A stretch of DNA of 62,407 nt, counting the filler. It is 5 parts of 5 records of this genome, joined end to end, with 100 filler letters (N's around TTAATTAATTAA, not from the genome) between each part and the next. Parts side by side here need not be neighbours in the genome. Positions count along the whole stretch, not along the records: positions 27,495 to 43,912 come from SRR20825010_1918; 4 more parts are not named here. One strand, written 5' to 3'. The translations under genes and the position numbers were made by a program. The notes under the pieces were generated by a model. The model searched no databases. It saw only the letters and a program-made list of their open reading frames with translations, and was not told the origin of the DNA. Positions 31,581-41,834 of this stretch are shown here, piece after piece (the first letter of the stretch is position 1; every line of letters begins with the position of its first letter).

Positions 31581-32039
31581 ATGCCGATTGAAGCCAAATC
31601 ACTGGACGAATACATAGCAAAGCTTCCCATTGAACGACAGGAGGCAGTTTCCAAACTTCGGGACTCCGTAAAACAGAATTTGCCCACCGGATTTGAGGAA
31701 TGCATCAACTATGGGATGATCGGATTCGTTGTTCCGCACTCCATGTATCCGGATGGATATCATGTTGACCCCACCTTGCCCCTCCCTTTCATAAATATTG
31801 CCTCACAGAAAAACTTTGTGGCCCTTTATCATTCAGGAATCTATGCCGACCCAAATGTGCACGAATGGTTTGTGAGCGAATATCCCAAACACGTAAAAAC
31901 AAAATTGGATATGGGGAAAAGCTGTATCCGCTTTAAGAACATCAATACAATTCCTTATCAGCTTATAGCCGCTCTTTGTCAAAAAATAACTCCCCAAGAG
32001 TGGATTGCACTGTATGAAAAAAACACTAAAAAACCATGA
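31581..32039 (+). CDS. DUF1801 family protein
   Basis: YGMIGFVVP, ASQKNFVALY, DMGKSCIRF. Confidence 0.85.
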   Translation: MPIEAKSLDEYIAKLPIERQEAVSKLRDSVKQNLPTGFEECINYGMIGFVVPHSMYPDGYHVDPTLPLPFINIASQKNFVALYHSGIYADPNVHEWFVSEYPKHVKTKLDMGKSCIRFKNINTIPYQLIAALCQKITPQEWIALYEKNTKKP

Positions 32040-32422
32040 AAAACAGAGTTACAGGATTAGGAGGGTTTTTCTTTAAAAGCAAGGACCCCAACCACATAAA
32101 AGAATGGTATAAAAATCATTTGGGATTGAACACCGACGCATATGGCTGTACCTTTTGGTGGAAGGACAAAGATGGCAACGATTGTTCCACCCAGTGGAGC
32201 CCCATGGATGAAAAGACCGAATACTTTAAACCGAGCGAGAAACAGTTCATGATGAACTTTAGAGTGGAAAATTTGGTAAAACTGCTTGAGGTCCTGAAAA
32301 AAGAAGGGGTCACGGTGGTAGGGGAAATCGAGGAGTACGAATACGGAAAATTTGGTTGGATATTGGATCCTGAAGGAAACAAGTTGGAACTGTGGGAACC
32401 TGTTGATAAAGCATTTCTGTAG
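32036..32422 (+). CDS. VOC/glyoxalase family protein
   Basis: RVTGLGGFFFK, MMNFRV, GKFGWILDPEGNKLELWEP. Confidence 0.9.
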   Translation: MKNRVTGLGGFFFKSKDPNHIKEWYKNHLGLNTDAYGCTFWWKDKDGNDCSTQWSPMDEKTEYFKPSEKQFMMNFRVENLVKLLEVLKKEGVTVVGEIEEYEYGKFGWILDPEGNKLELWEPVDKAFL

Positions 32423-32475
32423 CTATTGAATTATTTGCTACATTTAACCTTCATTAACCAACACATTAAATAAAC

Positions 32476-32862
32476 ATGTCAGAAGAAAAAAAAGACTTTG
32501 GAGACAGGGCCGAAGAAGCTGCTAAAGATTTCAAGGAAGATGTAAACAAAGCATTTGACCCTGCAAATCCTGAAAGTGGAAAAACAGTGGCCATTATTGC
32601 CCACTTAACTTTTATTGGGTGGATTATTGCGATTATAATGAACAGTAGTAACAAAACGGAAATTGGTTCCTTTTACATAAGGCAAACGCTAGGTATTTTC
32701 CTTCTCCTAATTGTGACCTCTTTTATTCCTTTCGTAAACCTTATCGGATGGTTATTGGGTGTAGTTCTTTGGATCGTTAGTTTGATTGGTTCCATTAACG
32801 CCAGCCATAAACCCGTATTCTTGGTAGGAGAATATTTTCAAGATTGGTTCAAAAGCTTATAA
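32476..32862 (+). CDS. Small membrane protein (DUF4870-like)
   Basis: Charged N-terminus then three TM helices; FYIRQ motif. Confidence 0.7.
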   Translation: MSEEKKDFGDRAEEAAKDFKEDVNKAFDPANPESGKTVAIIAHLTFIGWIIAIIMNSSNKTEIGSFYIRQTLGIFLLLIVTSFIPFVNLIGWLLGVVLWIVSLIGSINASHKPVFLVGEYFQDWFKSL

Positions 32863-32871
32863 TAACTTTTT

Positions 32872-32898
32872 AAAAGCCGGACATGATCCGGCTTTTTT
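32872..32898 (+). terminator. Intrinsic terminator
   Basis: AAAAGCCGGA/TCCGGCTTTTTT. Confidence 0.8.
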
Positions 32899-32943
32899 CA
32901 ATATTTGTTCATCGTAATATTACAATAAATACCGAAATAAAAT

Positions 32944-33435
32944 ATGGTTATCAGAAGTATGGCTCCCTCGGATTGGGAGCATGTTTCCAGAATATATCTT
33001 GAAGGTATTTCTACAGGATTTGCCACTTTCGAGACCCAAGCTCCCAAGTATCAAGATTGGGACAGGGCCCACACCAAGGAATGCCGCTTGATCGCTGAAA
33101 ACGAGGGTGAAATTTTGGGATGGGCGGCACTTTCCCCCGTATCCAGTCGTTGTGTGTATGGCGGGGTCGGTGAGGTTAGCGTTTACATTTCGGACAAAAG
33201 TCGCGGAAAGGGCGTTGGAAAATTGTTGATGCAACACTTGATCGAAGAAAGTGAAAAAGCAGGTTATTGGACCATACAGTCGGGCATATTTCCCGAGAAC
33301 CTGGCAAGCATCAAACTGCATGAAAAAGTAGGATTCCGATATATTGGCAAACGCGAACGTGTTGGTAAGATCCACGGGGTTTGGAAAGACAACCTCCTTT
33401 TTGAAAAACGCAGCCCTAAGGTCGGAACGGATTAG
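32944..33435 (+). CDS. GNAT N-acetyltransferase (phosphinothricin acetyltransferase-like)
   Basis: ATFET, EVSVYI, RGKGVG, ENLASIKLHEKVGF. Confidence 0.88.
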   Translation: MVIRSMAPSDWEHVSRIYLEGISTGFATFETQAPKYQDWDRAHTKECRLIAENEGEILGWAALSPVSSRCVYGGVGEVSVYISDKSRGKGVGKLLMQHLIEESEKAGYWTIQSGIFPENLASIKLHEKVGFRYIGKRERVGKIHGVWKDNLLFEKRSPKVGTD

Positions 33436-35252
33436 TCCTCCTCAATAGTTCCATTGCCTTCGGCCACCTTACGTTCCAGCTCTGCTTGGAACTCCTCCAT
33501 AACGGGCTTTACCGTACTTTCCGGAAGGTCTGCGATACGGATGTACATTAAACCGTCCACCGAATTATTGAACAAGGGGTCTACATTGAAAGCCACCACC
33601 TTAGCATTTTGTTTGATGTATTTTTTAATCAAAACCGGCAAACGAAGACTTCCCGGTTCCACTTCGCTGATCAATTTATCGAACTTGTTCAGATCAGCCT
33701 GCGTCTCGTCAAATACAAATTCCTTGTCGGCATCCTTCAACTTTACCTTGAATTCTTTTTTAGGCCGAATATATTGTGCCACGTAGGGGTCCCAATAATT
33801 GGATTTCATAAACTCGATCATCAACGATTTGGAGAAATTGGAAAATTGGTTGCTGATACTCACTCCGCCAATCAAATATCGGTGCTCTGGATGCCTTAAT
33901 GTCGTATGCACAATGCCCTTCCAAAGCAAGAAAAGGGGCATTGGTTTTTGCTGATACTCCTTTATGATATAGGCACGGCCCATTTCGATGGATTTCTCCA
34001 TCATGCCATACAGTTCGGGTTCAAAACGGAAAAGGTCCTGAAGGTAAAAACCATCGATACCGTATTTGTTGAATATTTCCGACCCCAATCCCATTCGGTA
34101 GGCACCGACTATGGCCTTGGAATCATCGTCCCATAAGAACAAATGATGGTAATAAGAATCAAACTTATCAAGGTCGATGGCGTTGTTTGTCCCCTCCCCC
34201 ACTTCACGGAATGTTACCTCTCGCTGGCGGCCGATTTCATTTAGGCAAAAGGGCATATCCTTGGCCTGTGCAAGGAATACCTCGTAGTTTTTACTCTGCA
34301 GCATACGGCAATCCTTTTCCCTCAGCTTTTCAATCTCACCTTCCAGCACCTTTGCACTAATCGCAGTGGCTATTTTCTTGGGCGGTTTTGGAATTTTTAG
34401 AGAAGTGGGCACCTTATCGATAAAACGCTCTTTTTCAAAAGCATTGGCCAGCAAATAGGTCTTTTTCCGGAGCAGTTCCGCAAAACCTTCCAAAGTTTCC
34501 TCCTCGTTCTGTGTGTTCACGGAGATAGGCTGACCTATCCTTACCTTGATCGGACGTCGACTCTGAGAGGTAAGCTCAGAAGGCAATTTTGCCGTTCGGA
34601 ACACATCGTCGATTTTTGACAATCGATAAAACAAGCGGCTATTTTTGGCATGAAAATAAATGGGCACTACAGGCACCTCGGCCTTTCGTATCAATTTTAT
34701 CGCCGCTTCTTCCCAAGGCCGGTCCACAACCAATCTTCCATCTCGGTAAGTAGACACCTCCCCAGCAGGAAAAATCCCCAAGGGATGACCGTCCCGGAGG
34801 TGCTTTAGCGCATTCTTGAAACCCACAATGCTACTCTTGGCGTCCTTGTGGTTTTCAAAAGGGTTCACGGGCATAATATAGGGCTTCAAAGGCTCTATCC
34901 TGTGCAATAAAAAATTAGCGATTATTTTATAATCGGGTCGTTCGTTCAACAATAACTTGAGCAGCAATACGCCATCAATTCCTCCTAAGGGATGATTACT
35001 GATCGTAATGAAAGGACCAGATTTTGGCAAACGTTTGATATCCTCCTCGGGAATGTCAAAATCGATTTCGTAGTGATCTAAAATGGCATCCAGGAATTCT
35101 GGACCGGAAAGGTCTTTATTTTTATCGTAAAATCTATTGATGGTACTAATTCTGGTAGCCACCATTAAAAGCCATCCTACAAAAGTGCCCAAAAAGCCAT
35201 ATTTGTCCAGATGGATGACTTTCGCCACCTCTTTAGCAGAAACCAAGCCCAT
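33432..35252 (-). CDS. PlsC-type acyltransferase plus GNAT fusion (OlsF-like amino-lipid acyltransferase)
   Basis: NHPLGGIDG (HX4D) and FPAGEV in the N-terminal domain; IGRQREVTFR, DLDKFD, EMGRAY in the C-terminal domain. Confidence 0.8.
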   Translation of the reverse strand: MGLVSAKEVAKVIHLDKYGFLGTFVGWLLMVATRISTINRFYDKNKDLSGPEFLDAILDHYEIDFDIPEEDIKRLPKSGPFITISNHPLGGIDGVLLLKLLLNERPDYKIIANFLLHRIEPLKPYIMPVNPFENHKDAKSSIVGFKNALKHLRDGHPLGIFPAGEVSTYRDGRLVVDRPWEEAAIKLIRKAEVPVVPIYFHAKNSRLFYRLSKIDDVFRTAKLPSELTSQSRRPIKVRIGQPISVNTQNEEETLEGFAELLRKKTYLLANAFEKERFIDKVPTSLKIPKPPKKIATAISAKVLEGEIEKLREKDCRMLQSKNYEVFLAQAKDMPFCLNEIGRQREVTFREVGEGTNNAIDLDKFDSYYHHLFLWDDDSKAIVGAYRMGLGSEIFNKYGIDGFYLQDLFRFEPELYGMMEKSIEMGRAYIIKEYQQKPMPLFLLWKGIVHTTLRHPEHRYLIGGVSISNQFSNFSKSLMIEFMKSNYWDPYVAQYIRPKKEFKVKLKDADKEFVFDETQADLNKFDKLISEVEPGSLRLPVLIKKYIKQNAKVVAFNVDPLFNNSVDGLMYIRIADLPESTVKPVMEEFQAELERKVAEGNGTIEED

Positions 35253-35330
35253 AGAAAATGTATTTAGGTACGTGTAAAGATAGGAAATAAACCCTATAGC
35301 ACTTTCTACCTAAATATTGGGCGGAAACCT

Positions 35331-36581
35331 TTATTTTACAACAAGTTGCACAGTTTCCTTGCCCCTTTGCTCCACTAAAACGGATTTCCCGTTTTGAAGC
35401 GATTTGACCGAATCATCATTAAAATGGCGAATGGTATAGAGGGAAACGTCCTCGTGGCAAACAACTTTAAATTTCCGCTTAAGCTCTTCCAATAAAGGTT
35501 GAAGCCCCCTGAACTTATTGTCCAAACAGACGGAAAAACTAATGGCGGAATTCTGGATCAAATCCACTTTAAGTCGATGGTCAGAAAATAGTTTGAAGAT
35601 TTCGCTGATGTTATCCTCAACAATGAAGGAAAAGTCCAGAGAAGACAATTTTAGCAGGACTTGATTCTTCTTAACTATGAAGCAGGGAACTTTTGGTTCT
35701 ATGCCATTTCCTTTTCCAACAGTGGTCCCTTTGTCCTTGGGATTCACAAACGATTTTACTTTCAAGGGAATTTCCTTGCGCTGTAAAGGCTGCAAGGTTT
35801 TAGGGTGAATTACCGAAGCTCCGTAAAACGCAAGTTCTATGGCTTCCCGATAAGAAATCTTGTCCAACAATTGGGCATTCTCAAAGTTTCTGGGGTCCGC
35901 ATTCAACACTCCCGGAACATCCTTCCAAATGGTGACCGATTCCGCATTGAGGCAATACGCCAAGATAGCCGCGGAGTAATCGGAACCTTCCCTGCCCAAC
36001 GTAGTGGTAAAGTTGTTGTCGTCGCTTCCCAAAAAACCTTGGGTAATGTTCAATTTGGAAACATCTACACGAGACTGTACTTCTTGTTGGGTTCGTTCCC
36101 AATTTACTTGAGCATCCCTATTACTGTTGTCCGTCTTGATAAGCGTTCTCACATCCAACCATTCGTTGGCAATACCAATTTCGTTTAGGTAAGCACTTAC
36201 TATGGTGGTCGACAATAATTCCCCGTAGCAAACCACTTGGTCGTAAACAAAAGCATACTTGGGCGATTTGTTCCAAGCCAAAAAACCCTTTACCTCTTCA
36301 AAAAGGACTTTCACCTTGGCGTAAACGGGATGACTCAGGTTTTGAAAAAGGTCGGACAGTATTCCATGGTGGTAATCCATAACTTCTTGAATGGAGGCAT
36401 TCACCTGATCCCTATCGTTAAAATAAGATTCCACCACCTTTTCCATGGCATTGGTGGTCTTGCCCATGGCAGAAATGACCACTAGTGTATCGTTGTAACC
36501 TACCTCCCGTAAAACGTTCACTACATTTTTTACCGCATCCGCATCTTTGACCGATGCTCCTCCAAACTTAAATACCCTCAT
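35331..36581 (-). CDS. lysC: Aspartate kinase
   Basis: VFKFGGASV, TTLGREGSDYS, KDVPGVLNADPR, GASVIHP. Confidence 0.92.
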   Translation of the reverse strand: MRVFKFGGASVKDADAVKNVVNVLREVGYNDTLVVISAMGKTTNAMEKVVESYFNDRDQVNASIQEVMDYHHGILSDLFQNLSHPVYAKVKVLFEEVKGFLAWNKSPKYAFVYDQVVCYGELLSTTIVSAYLNEIGIANEWLDVRTLIKTDNSNRDAQVNWERTQQEVQSRVDVSKLNITQGFLGSDDNNFTTTLGREGSDYSAAILAYCLNAESVTIWKDVPGVLNADPRNFENAQLLDKISYREAIELAFYGASVIHPKTLQPLQRKEIPLKVKSFVNPKDKGTTVGKGNGIEPKVPCFIVKKNQVLLKLSSLDFSFIVEDNISEIFKLFSDHRLKVDLIQNSAISFSVCLDNKFRGLQPLLEELKRKFKVVCHEDVSLYTIRHFNDDSVKSLQNGKSVLVEQRGKETVQLVVK

Positions 36582-36609
36582 GTATTTTATATTCTGATAT
36601 TTGGTCGGC

Positions 36610-37092
36610 CTAGTTTAGGCTTTCTATATAATTTTTGATTCCTTTTTCATCCAATTGAACCACATCCCAATCTCTAAGCACATTGGCTCCCTTTTTCTCA
36701 TAAAAGGCAATGGCGGGTTCGTTCCAGTCCAACACCTCCCAACAAATGCGTTTTACCCCTAATCTGGCACCATACTTCACTACTTCATCCAACAAGGCGG
36801 TCCCCAATCCACTCCCTCGCACCTTTTCAGATACGATCAGGTCTTCCAAATGAATAGCCGGACCCTTCCACGTAGAGTATCTTGGGTACACCAAAGCTAT
36901 GCCGGCGATTCCATTTTGTGTATCTGCCACAAAACAATGGAACAACTTGTGATCACCGAAACCATGTTCCACTAAATCCCGCTCAGTGACTTCCACAGCA
37001 TCAGATTCCTTTTCAAAATCAGCCAATTCTTGGATCAAGTTCAAAACCTGTTCCATATCCGTTGGTCGCGCTTCTCTAATTGTATATTCCAT
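36610..37092 (-). CDS. GNAT N-acetyltransferase (spermidine/diamine type)
   Basis: YSTWKG, HLEDLIV, VLDWNEPAIAFY. Confidence 0.88.
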   Translation of the reverse strand: MEYTIREARPTDMEQVLNLIQELADFEKESDAVEVTERDLVEHGFGDHKLFHCFVADTQNGIAGIALVYPRYSTWKGPAIHLEDLIVSEKVRGSGLGTALLDEVVKYGARLGVKRICWEVLDWNEPAIAFYEKKGANVLRDWDVVQLDEKGIKNYIESLN

Positions 37093-37203
37093 AATTGTTA
37101 CAAATAAAACTCAAAGTTATAAAATTACACAATTAAAGCTCTTCGAAAACGTTGTAGTTTCACAAAATGCCCGATATTTGTCCATAAATAAAACAGTACT
37201 TCC

Positions 37204-38211
37204 ATGTTTGAGAAGCAGCATCGCACACTCGGTGAATTTATTATCGCAAATCAAAATTCTTTTCAATACACTTCCGGGGAACTATCGAGATTACTGAACG
37301 GCATTCGACTGGCGGCAAAAGTAGTGAACCATGAGGTGAACAAAGCCGGGCTCGTCGATATCATTGGAGCTGCAGGTGAGACTAACATTCAAGGTGAAAA
37401 CCAACAAAAATTGGATGTTCTTGCAAACGAAAAGTTTATTCAAACCTTGAAGAACCGTGAAATTGTTTGTGGTATTGCTTCGGAAGAAGAGGATGATTTT
37501 ATCAGCATCAATAGTTTTGACAAACAGCACCAGAACAAGTATGTGGTTTTGATAGACCCTTTGGACGGTTCTTCCAACATTGACGTGAACGTATCCGTAG
37601 GAACTATTTTTTCCATCTATAGAAGAATTACACCTGTTGGAACCCCCGTTACTTTGGAAGATTTCCTTCAACCTGGCAAAAACCAGATTGCTGCTGGTTA
37701 CATCATTTATGGTACATCCACCATGCTCGTCTATACCACTGGCGATGGCGTGAACGGATTTACCCTGAATCCAGCTTTGGGCACCTTTTATCTGTCCCAC
37801 CCCAATATGCAATTTCCGGAAAAAGGTCAAATTTATTCCGTGAACGAAGGGAACTATATCCACTTTCCACAAGGAGTAAAAGATTACATTAAATATTGCC
37901 AAATGGAGGAAGGTGACCGACCCTATACTTCAAGATACATTGGGTCGTTGGTTTCTGACTTTCACCGAAACATGATCAAAGGTGGAATTTACATGTACCC
38001 CAAAAGCAGCAAGGCCCAAAATGGTAAGCTACGTTTATTGTATGAGTGCAACCCCATGGCTTTTTTGGCCGAACAGGCCAACGGAAAGGCCAGCGATGGT
38101 TATCAACGCATCATGGATATACAGCCCACCGAACTCCATGAACGTGTTCCCTTTTTCTGCGGAAGCAAAAAAATGGTGGAAAAGGCGGAGGAGTTTATGG
38201 CAAAGTCCTAG
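37204..38211 (+). CDS. fbp: Fructose-1,6-bisphosphatase class 1
   Basis: [35 protein letters not shown]. Confidence 0.96.
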   Translation: MFEKQHRTLGEFIIANQNSFQYTSGELSRLLNGIRLAAKVVNHEVNKAGLVDIIGAAGETNIQGENQQKLDVLANEKFIQTLKNREIVCGIASEEEDDFISINSFDKQHQNKYVVLIDPLDGSSNIDVNVSVGTIFSIYRRITPVGTPVTLEDFLQPGKNQIAAGYIIYGTSTMLVYTTGDGVNGFTLNPALGTFYLSHPNMQFPEKGQIYSVNEGNYIHFPQGVKDYIKYCQMEEGDRPYTSRYIGSLVSDFHRNMIKGGIYMYPKSSKAQNGKLRLLYECNPMAFLAEQANGKASDGYQRIMDIQPTELHERVPFFCGSKKMVEKAEEFMAKS

Positions 38212-38636
38212 CTCCTGCGCTGCATCAATTCGTGGTAATCCTCGAAAGGGATTCTTCCAGTAAATATTTTGATGGATTTGTCGACGATTTCTGAAGCTGA
38301 TTTTGGTGAAAAGCCAAGGCCTACAGCATACTTTTCTACAATTCTGCGCTCCTCGTCATCGATATCATGATCGGAGAAGATAATCTGAAAAAATTCGAAT
38401 AGCCTCATATACCTTTGCTCACCGCTGTGAGGTGTCTCAATAGGATATTTGTTCTCTTTTTTCATCACCTCTTTGAATTCTTCCTCGGTAATGTCGAGCT
38501 TAAAGGCAAACTTTTCCAAAATGGCTTTTTCTTTTGGATTGATTTCCCCGTCTACCGCAGCCAAACTCGCCAAAGTGGCAAAATGAGCCAAATTCTTTCT
38601 ATGGTCTCCGTGCTCGTAAAGATCTAAAATCGGCAT
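38208..38636 (-). CDS. TerB family protein
   Basis: [11 protein letters not shown] and SDHDIDDEE repeated acidic motifs. Confidence 0.8.
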   Translation of the reverse strand: MPILDLYEHGDHRKNLAHFATLASLAAVDGEINPKEKAILEKFAFKLDITEEEFKEVMKKENKYPIETPHSGEQRYMRLFEFFQIIFSDHDIDDEERRIVEKYAVGLGFSPKSASEIVDKSIKIFTGRIPFEDYHELMQRRS

Positions 38637-38726
38637 ATTTCAAATTTTGTGGCACAAATATAAATGTTTAATAGAGATAAAAATATTAAAAAGGGCACCA
38701 AAAGAAATTTGTAATTTACGACTGCT

Positions 38727-39755
38727 ATGAAAACACCTTTGCTCGAATTTACCTCCAAAGGAATCTATTGTAAAAAAGCAGATGTTTATTTGGACCCCTG
38801 GAAACCCGTGGACAAGGCCATTATTTCACACGGCCATGCCGATCACAGTAGATGGGGCCATAACAAGTACATTACCCACCATAAGAATGTTCCTATCGTG
38901 AAGCATCGTTTGGGCGATATTTCCATTTCAGGAAAAGACTGGGGCGAAACATTCACGGTCAACAACGTGAAGTTCAGTTTCCATCCCGCCGGGCACATTG
39001 TGGGCTCCGCACAAATACGGGTAGAGCACAATGGCGAAGTATGGGTGTTCACCGGAGATTACAAAATTGAAGATGATGGGCTCACTACTCCATTTGAGCT
39101 TGTAAAATGTAACACCTTCATCACCGAATGCACCTTTGGGTTACCGGCATTTCGCTGGCGACCACAAAAAGAGGTGTTCAGTGACATCAACCAATGGTGG
39201 GCGCAAAACCAATCGGAAGGAAAAACCTCGGTGCTTTTTGGTTATTCCCTGGGCAAGGCACAACGTCTGATCAAACATTTGGACACTTCCATCGGAAAAA
39301 TATACACGCACGGAGCCGTAGAAAACATGACCGAAGTGCTCCGACCCCTTACCGATTTACCGCCAACACATCTGATTACAAAAGAAACCAAGAAAGACGA
39401 GCTTTTGGGCAATATTGTGGTTGCTCCGCCCAGTGCCCATGGAAGTCCCTGGATCAAAAAAATGGTCCCATATGTCACGGCGACCGCGAGCGGTTGGATG
39501 GCTTTTCGAGGCGCACGAAGACGGAGAGCGATTGATAAAGGTTTTGTACTAAGCGACCATTGCGATTGGAGGGGACTATTGCAGACAATCGAAGCCACCG
39601 GTGCTGAAAAAATAATCTGCACACACGGCTACACCGACATTTTCTCCAAATATTTGATGGAATTGGGCTACGATGCCCGAACCGAATCTACGCAATACGA
39701 AGGCGAACTGTCCGAAATCAATGCTAACGAACAAGAAAAATCGAAAGCGGAATGA
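38727..39755 (+). CDS. Ligase-associated DNA damage response exonuclease (MBL/beta-CASP)
   Basis: SHGHADH, AGHIVGSA, TECTFGLP, YSLGKAQR, SDHCDW. Confidence 0.92.
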   Translation: MKTPLLEFTSKGIYCKKADVYLDPWKPVDKAIISHGHADHSRWGHNKYITHHKNVPIVKHRLGDISISGKDWGETFTVNNVKFSFHPAGHIVGSAQIRVEHNGEVWVFTGDYKIEDDGLTTPFELVKCNTFITECTFGLPAFRWRPQKEVFSDINQWWAQNQSEGKTSVLFGYSLGKAQRLIKHLDTSIGKIYTHGAVENMTEVLRPLTDLPPTHLITKETKKDELLGNIVVAPPSAHGSPWIKKMVPYVTATASGWMAFRGARRRRAIDKGFVLSDHCDWRGLLQTIEATGAEKIICTHGYTDIFSKYLMELGYDARTESTQYEGELSEINANEQEKSKAE

Positions 39756-41407
39756 AACAGTTTGCCAAGCTCATAAAAACATTGGACGGCACCAACAAAA
39801 CCAGCGTAAAAGTGCAAGCACTGTCCCAATACTTTAAAGAAGCGAGCGACCAAGACAAGGTTTGGACCATCGCCATACTGTCCCACAGAAGACCTCCGCG
39901 CCCCGTGAACACAACTTTGCTACGCACTTGGGCCGCTGAACTATCCCATATTCTAACTTGGCTTTTTGAGGAAAGCTATCATATTGTGGGAGATCTGGCG
40001 GAGACCATTGCCTTGGTGGTGCCCTCAACAGAAAAAGGCTCAAAAAAATCACTGACCTCCTTTTTACAGGAGATGATGGCCTTGAAACAAAAAACGGAAG
40101 CAGAAAAAAAGGAATACCTTTTTCAACACTGGACCATATTAGATTATTACGAGCGTTTTGTTTTCAACAAACTGATTACGGGCAGCTTCAGAATCGGAGT
40201 GAGTCAAAAATTGATGACCCGTGCACTATCCAAAGCCACGGGTATTGAAGAGGACATTCTCGCTTATAAACTAATGGGCAATTGGGACCCGAACCGCATC
40301 AGTTTCCACGACTTGGTTTTGGAGGAGAAAGAGAGCGATTACCTCTCCAAACCATATCCCTTCTTTTTAGCATATGCCGTTGAGGACGACGTCACAGATT
40401 TGGGTGAGGTAACCCAATGGTCCGTAGAGCATAAATGGGACGGCATTCGGTCTCAAACCATTCTACGAAATGATGAAATCTTTGTTTGGAGTCGGGGTGA
40501 AGAACTCGTCACCGATAAATATCCAGAATTTGAAGCCTTTGTGGGCAGTATTCCAAATGGGACCGTGTTGGACGGGGAGTTGTTACCGTATCCCAAAGGG
40601 GAAATCGGCACTTTTAAAGACCTTCAGACCCGAATAGGCCGCAAGAACGTTTCAAAATCATTGTTGGAAAAAATTCCTGTCAAGTTGAAAGTCTATGATA
40701 TTTTGGAATGGAAGGGGAAGGACATCAGGAATAAAACGTATCTGGAGCGAAGAAAAATTTTAGAATCTATGATTTCGACTACGCTCAATAAACAGGTCAC
40801 TGAGCGTAGTCGAAGTGACAAATTACCCTTACTCCTGTCCGAACGGATGCAATTCAATTCTTGGGAAGACATGGCAAAAGAAAGGGAATTGTCCAGAGAA
40901 AAACACAGTGAGGGCCTGATGCTCAAACGCAATGACTCCACCTACCAAGTGGGACGAAAAAAAGGGGATTGGTGGAAATGGAAGGTCGACCCGCTCACTA
41001 TTGATGCCGTGCTCACCTACGCTATGCGGGGTCATGGTCGGCGAAGCAACCTCTTTACCGATTACACCTTTGCCCTCTGGTATGAAAATGAAGAAGGTGA
41101 AAAAGAACTGGTCACCTTTGCCAAGGCCTATTCCGGCTTAACGGACAAAGAGTTTCGACAAGTGGATGCATGGATCAAGAAAAACACGTTGGAGCGTTTT
41201 GGTCCCGTTCGGAGCGTGACCCCGCAGCACGTTTTTGAAATCGCTTTTGAAGGCATTGCTCCCTCCAAGCGTCATAAAAGTGGTGTTGCCACACGCTTTC
41301 CCAGAATTTTAAGATGGCGGAAGGACAAAAAAATCGATGAGGCCAATTCATTGGATGATTTAAAAGCACTAATCCCGAGCAAAGCGAAGGAATCCCTCAA
41401 CAAATAA
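39752..41407 (+). CDS. ATP-dependent DNA ligase
   Basis: Motif I EHKWDGIR, LDGE, EGLMLK, WWKWK, RFPRILRWR; ATGA overlap with the exonuclease. Confidence 0.95.
   Translation: MKQFAKLIKTLDGTNKTSVKVQALSQYFKEASDQDKVWTIAILSHRRPPRPVNTTLLRTWAAELSHILTWLFEESYHIVGDLAETIALVVPSTEKGSKKSLTSFLQEMMALKQKTEAEKKEYLFQHWTILDYYERFVFNKLITGSFRIGVSQKLMTRALSKATGIEEDILAYKLMGNWDPNRISFHDLVLEEKESDYLSKPYPFFLAYAVEDDVTDLGEVTQWSVEHKWDGIRSQTILRNDEIFVWSRGEELVTDKYPEFEAFVGSIPNGTVLDGELLPYPKGEIGTFKDLQTRIGRKNVSKSLLEKIPVKLKVYDILEWKGKDIRNKTYLERRKILESMISTTLNKQVTERSRSDKLPLLLSERMQFNSWEDMAKERELSREKHSEGLMLKRNDSTYQVGRKKGDWWKWKVDPLTIDAVLTYAMRGHGRRSNLFTDYTFALWYENEEGEKELVTFAKAYSGLTDKEFRQVDAWIKKNTLERFGPVRSVTPQHVFEIAFEGIAPSKRHKSGVATRFPRILRWRKDKKIDEANSLDDLKALIPSKAKESLNK
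40774..40814. repeat. REP-like palindrome inside the ligase CDS
   Basis: Perfect 14-bp arms TTCGACTACGCTCA / TGAGCGTAGTCGAA with a 13-nt spacer. Confidence 0.8.
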
Positions 41408-41834
41408 ACCAGAAAAATTGAATTTGTAGCATAACCCCAGTAAATAGAAACCGAACAGATTATTTCAAATGCTATTGTTTGAAATTTATGTGTTTAAAAC
41501 ACCATCAATGATGAAAGGGTATTGTTACATCTTAACGAATAAAAATAAAACCGTACTCTATATCGGGGCCACCAATGATTTACAAAGGCGTATAGGTGAG
41601 CACAAAAACGGCAAATATGCGTATTCGTTCACAAAAAGATATAATTGCCATAACTTGGTATATTTTGAAGAATTTGACACCATAAAAGAAGCCTTTGAAA
41701 GGGAAAAGCAATTAAAAGCTGGTAATCGGAAAAGGAAGGAAGATTTGATCAATGCAACAAATCCGGATTGGAAGGATTTGTCTTTGGAATGGTAAACCCA
41801 TCAATTTGACAGATTCCTTCGCTGCGCTCGGAAT
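41372..41834. mobile_element. GIY-YIG nuclease cassette bounded by 23-bp inverted repeats
   Basis: Left 41372-41394 ATCCCGAGCAAAGCGAAGGAATC versus reverse complement of 41812-41834 ATTCCGAGCGCAGCGAAGGAATC: 20/23 identical. Confidence 0.7.
41508..41795 (+). CDS. GIY-YIG nuclease family protein
   Basis: GYCYILTN...LYIGAT, RRIGEH, EREKQLK, NPDWKDL; ATG at 41508 or 41511. Confidence 0.92.
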   Translation: MMKGYCYILTNKNKTVLYIGATNDLQRRIGEHKNGKYAYSFTKRYNCHNLVYFEEFDTIKEAFEREKQLKAGNRKRKEDLINATNPDWKDLSLEW

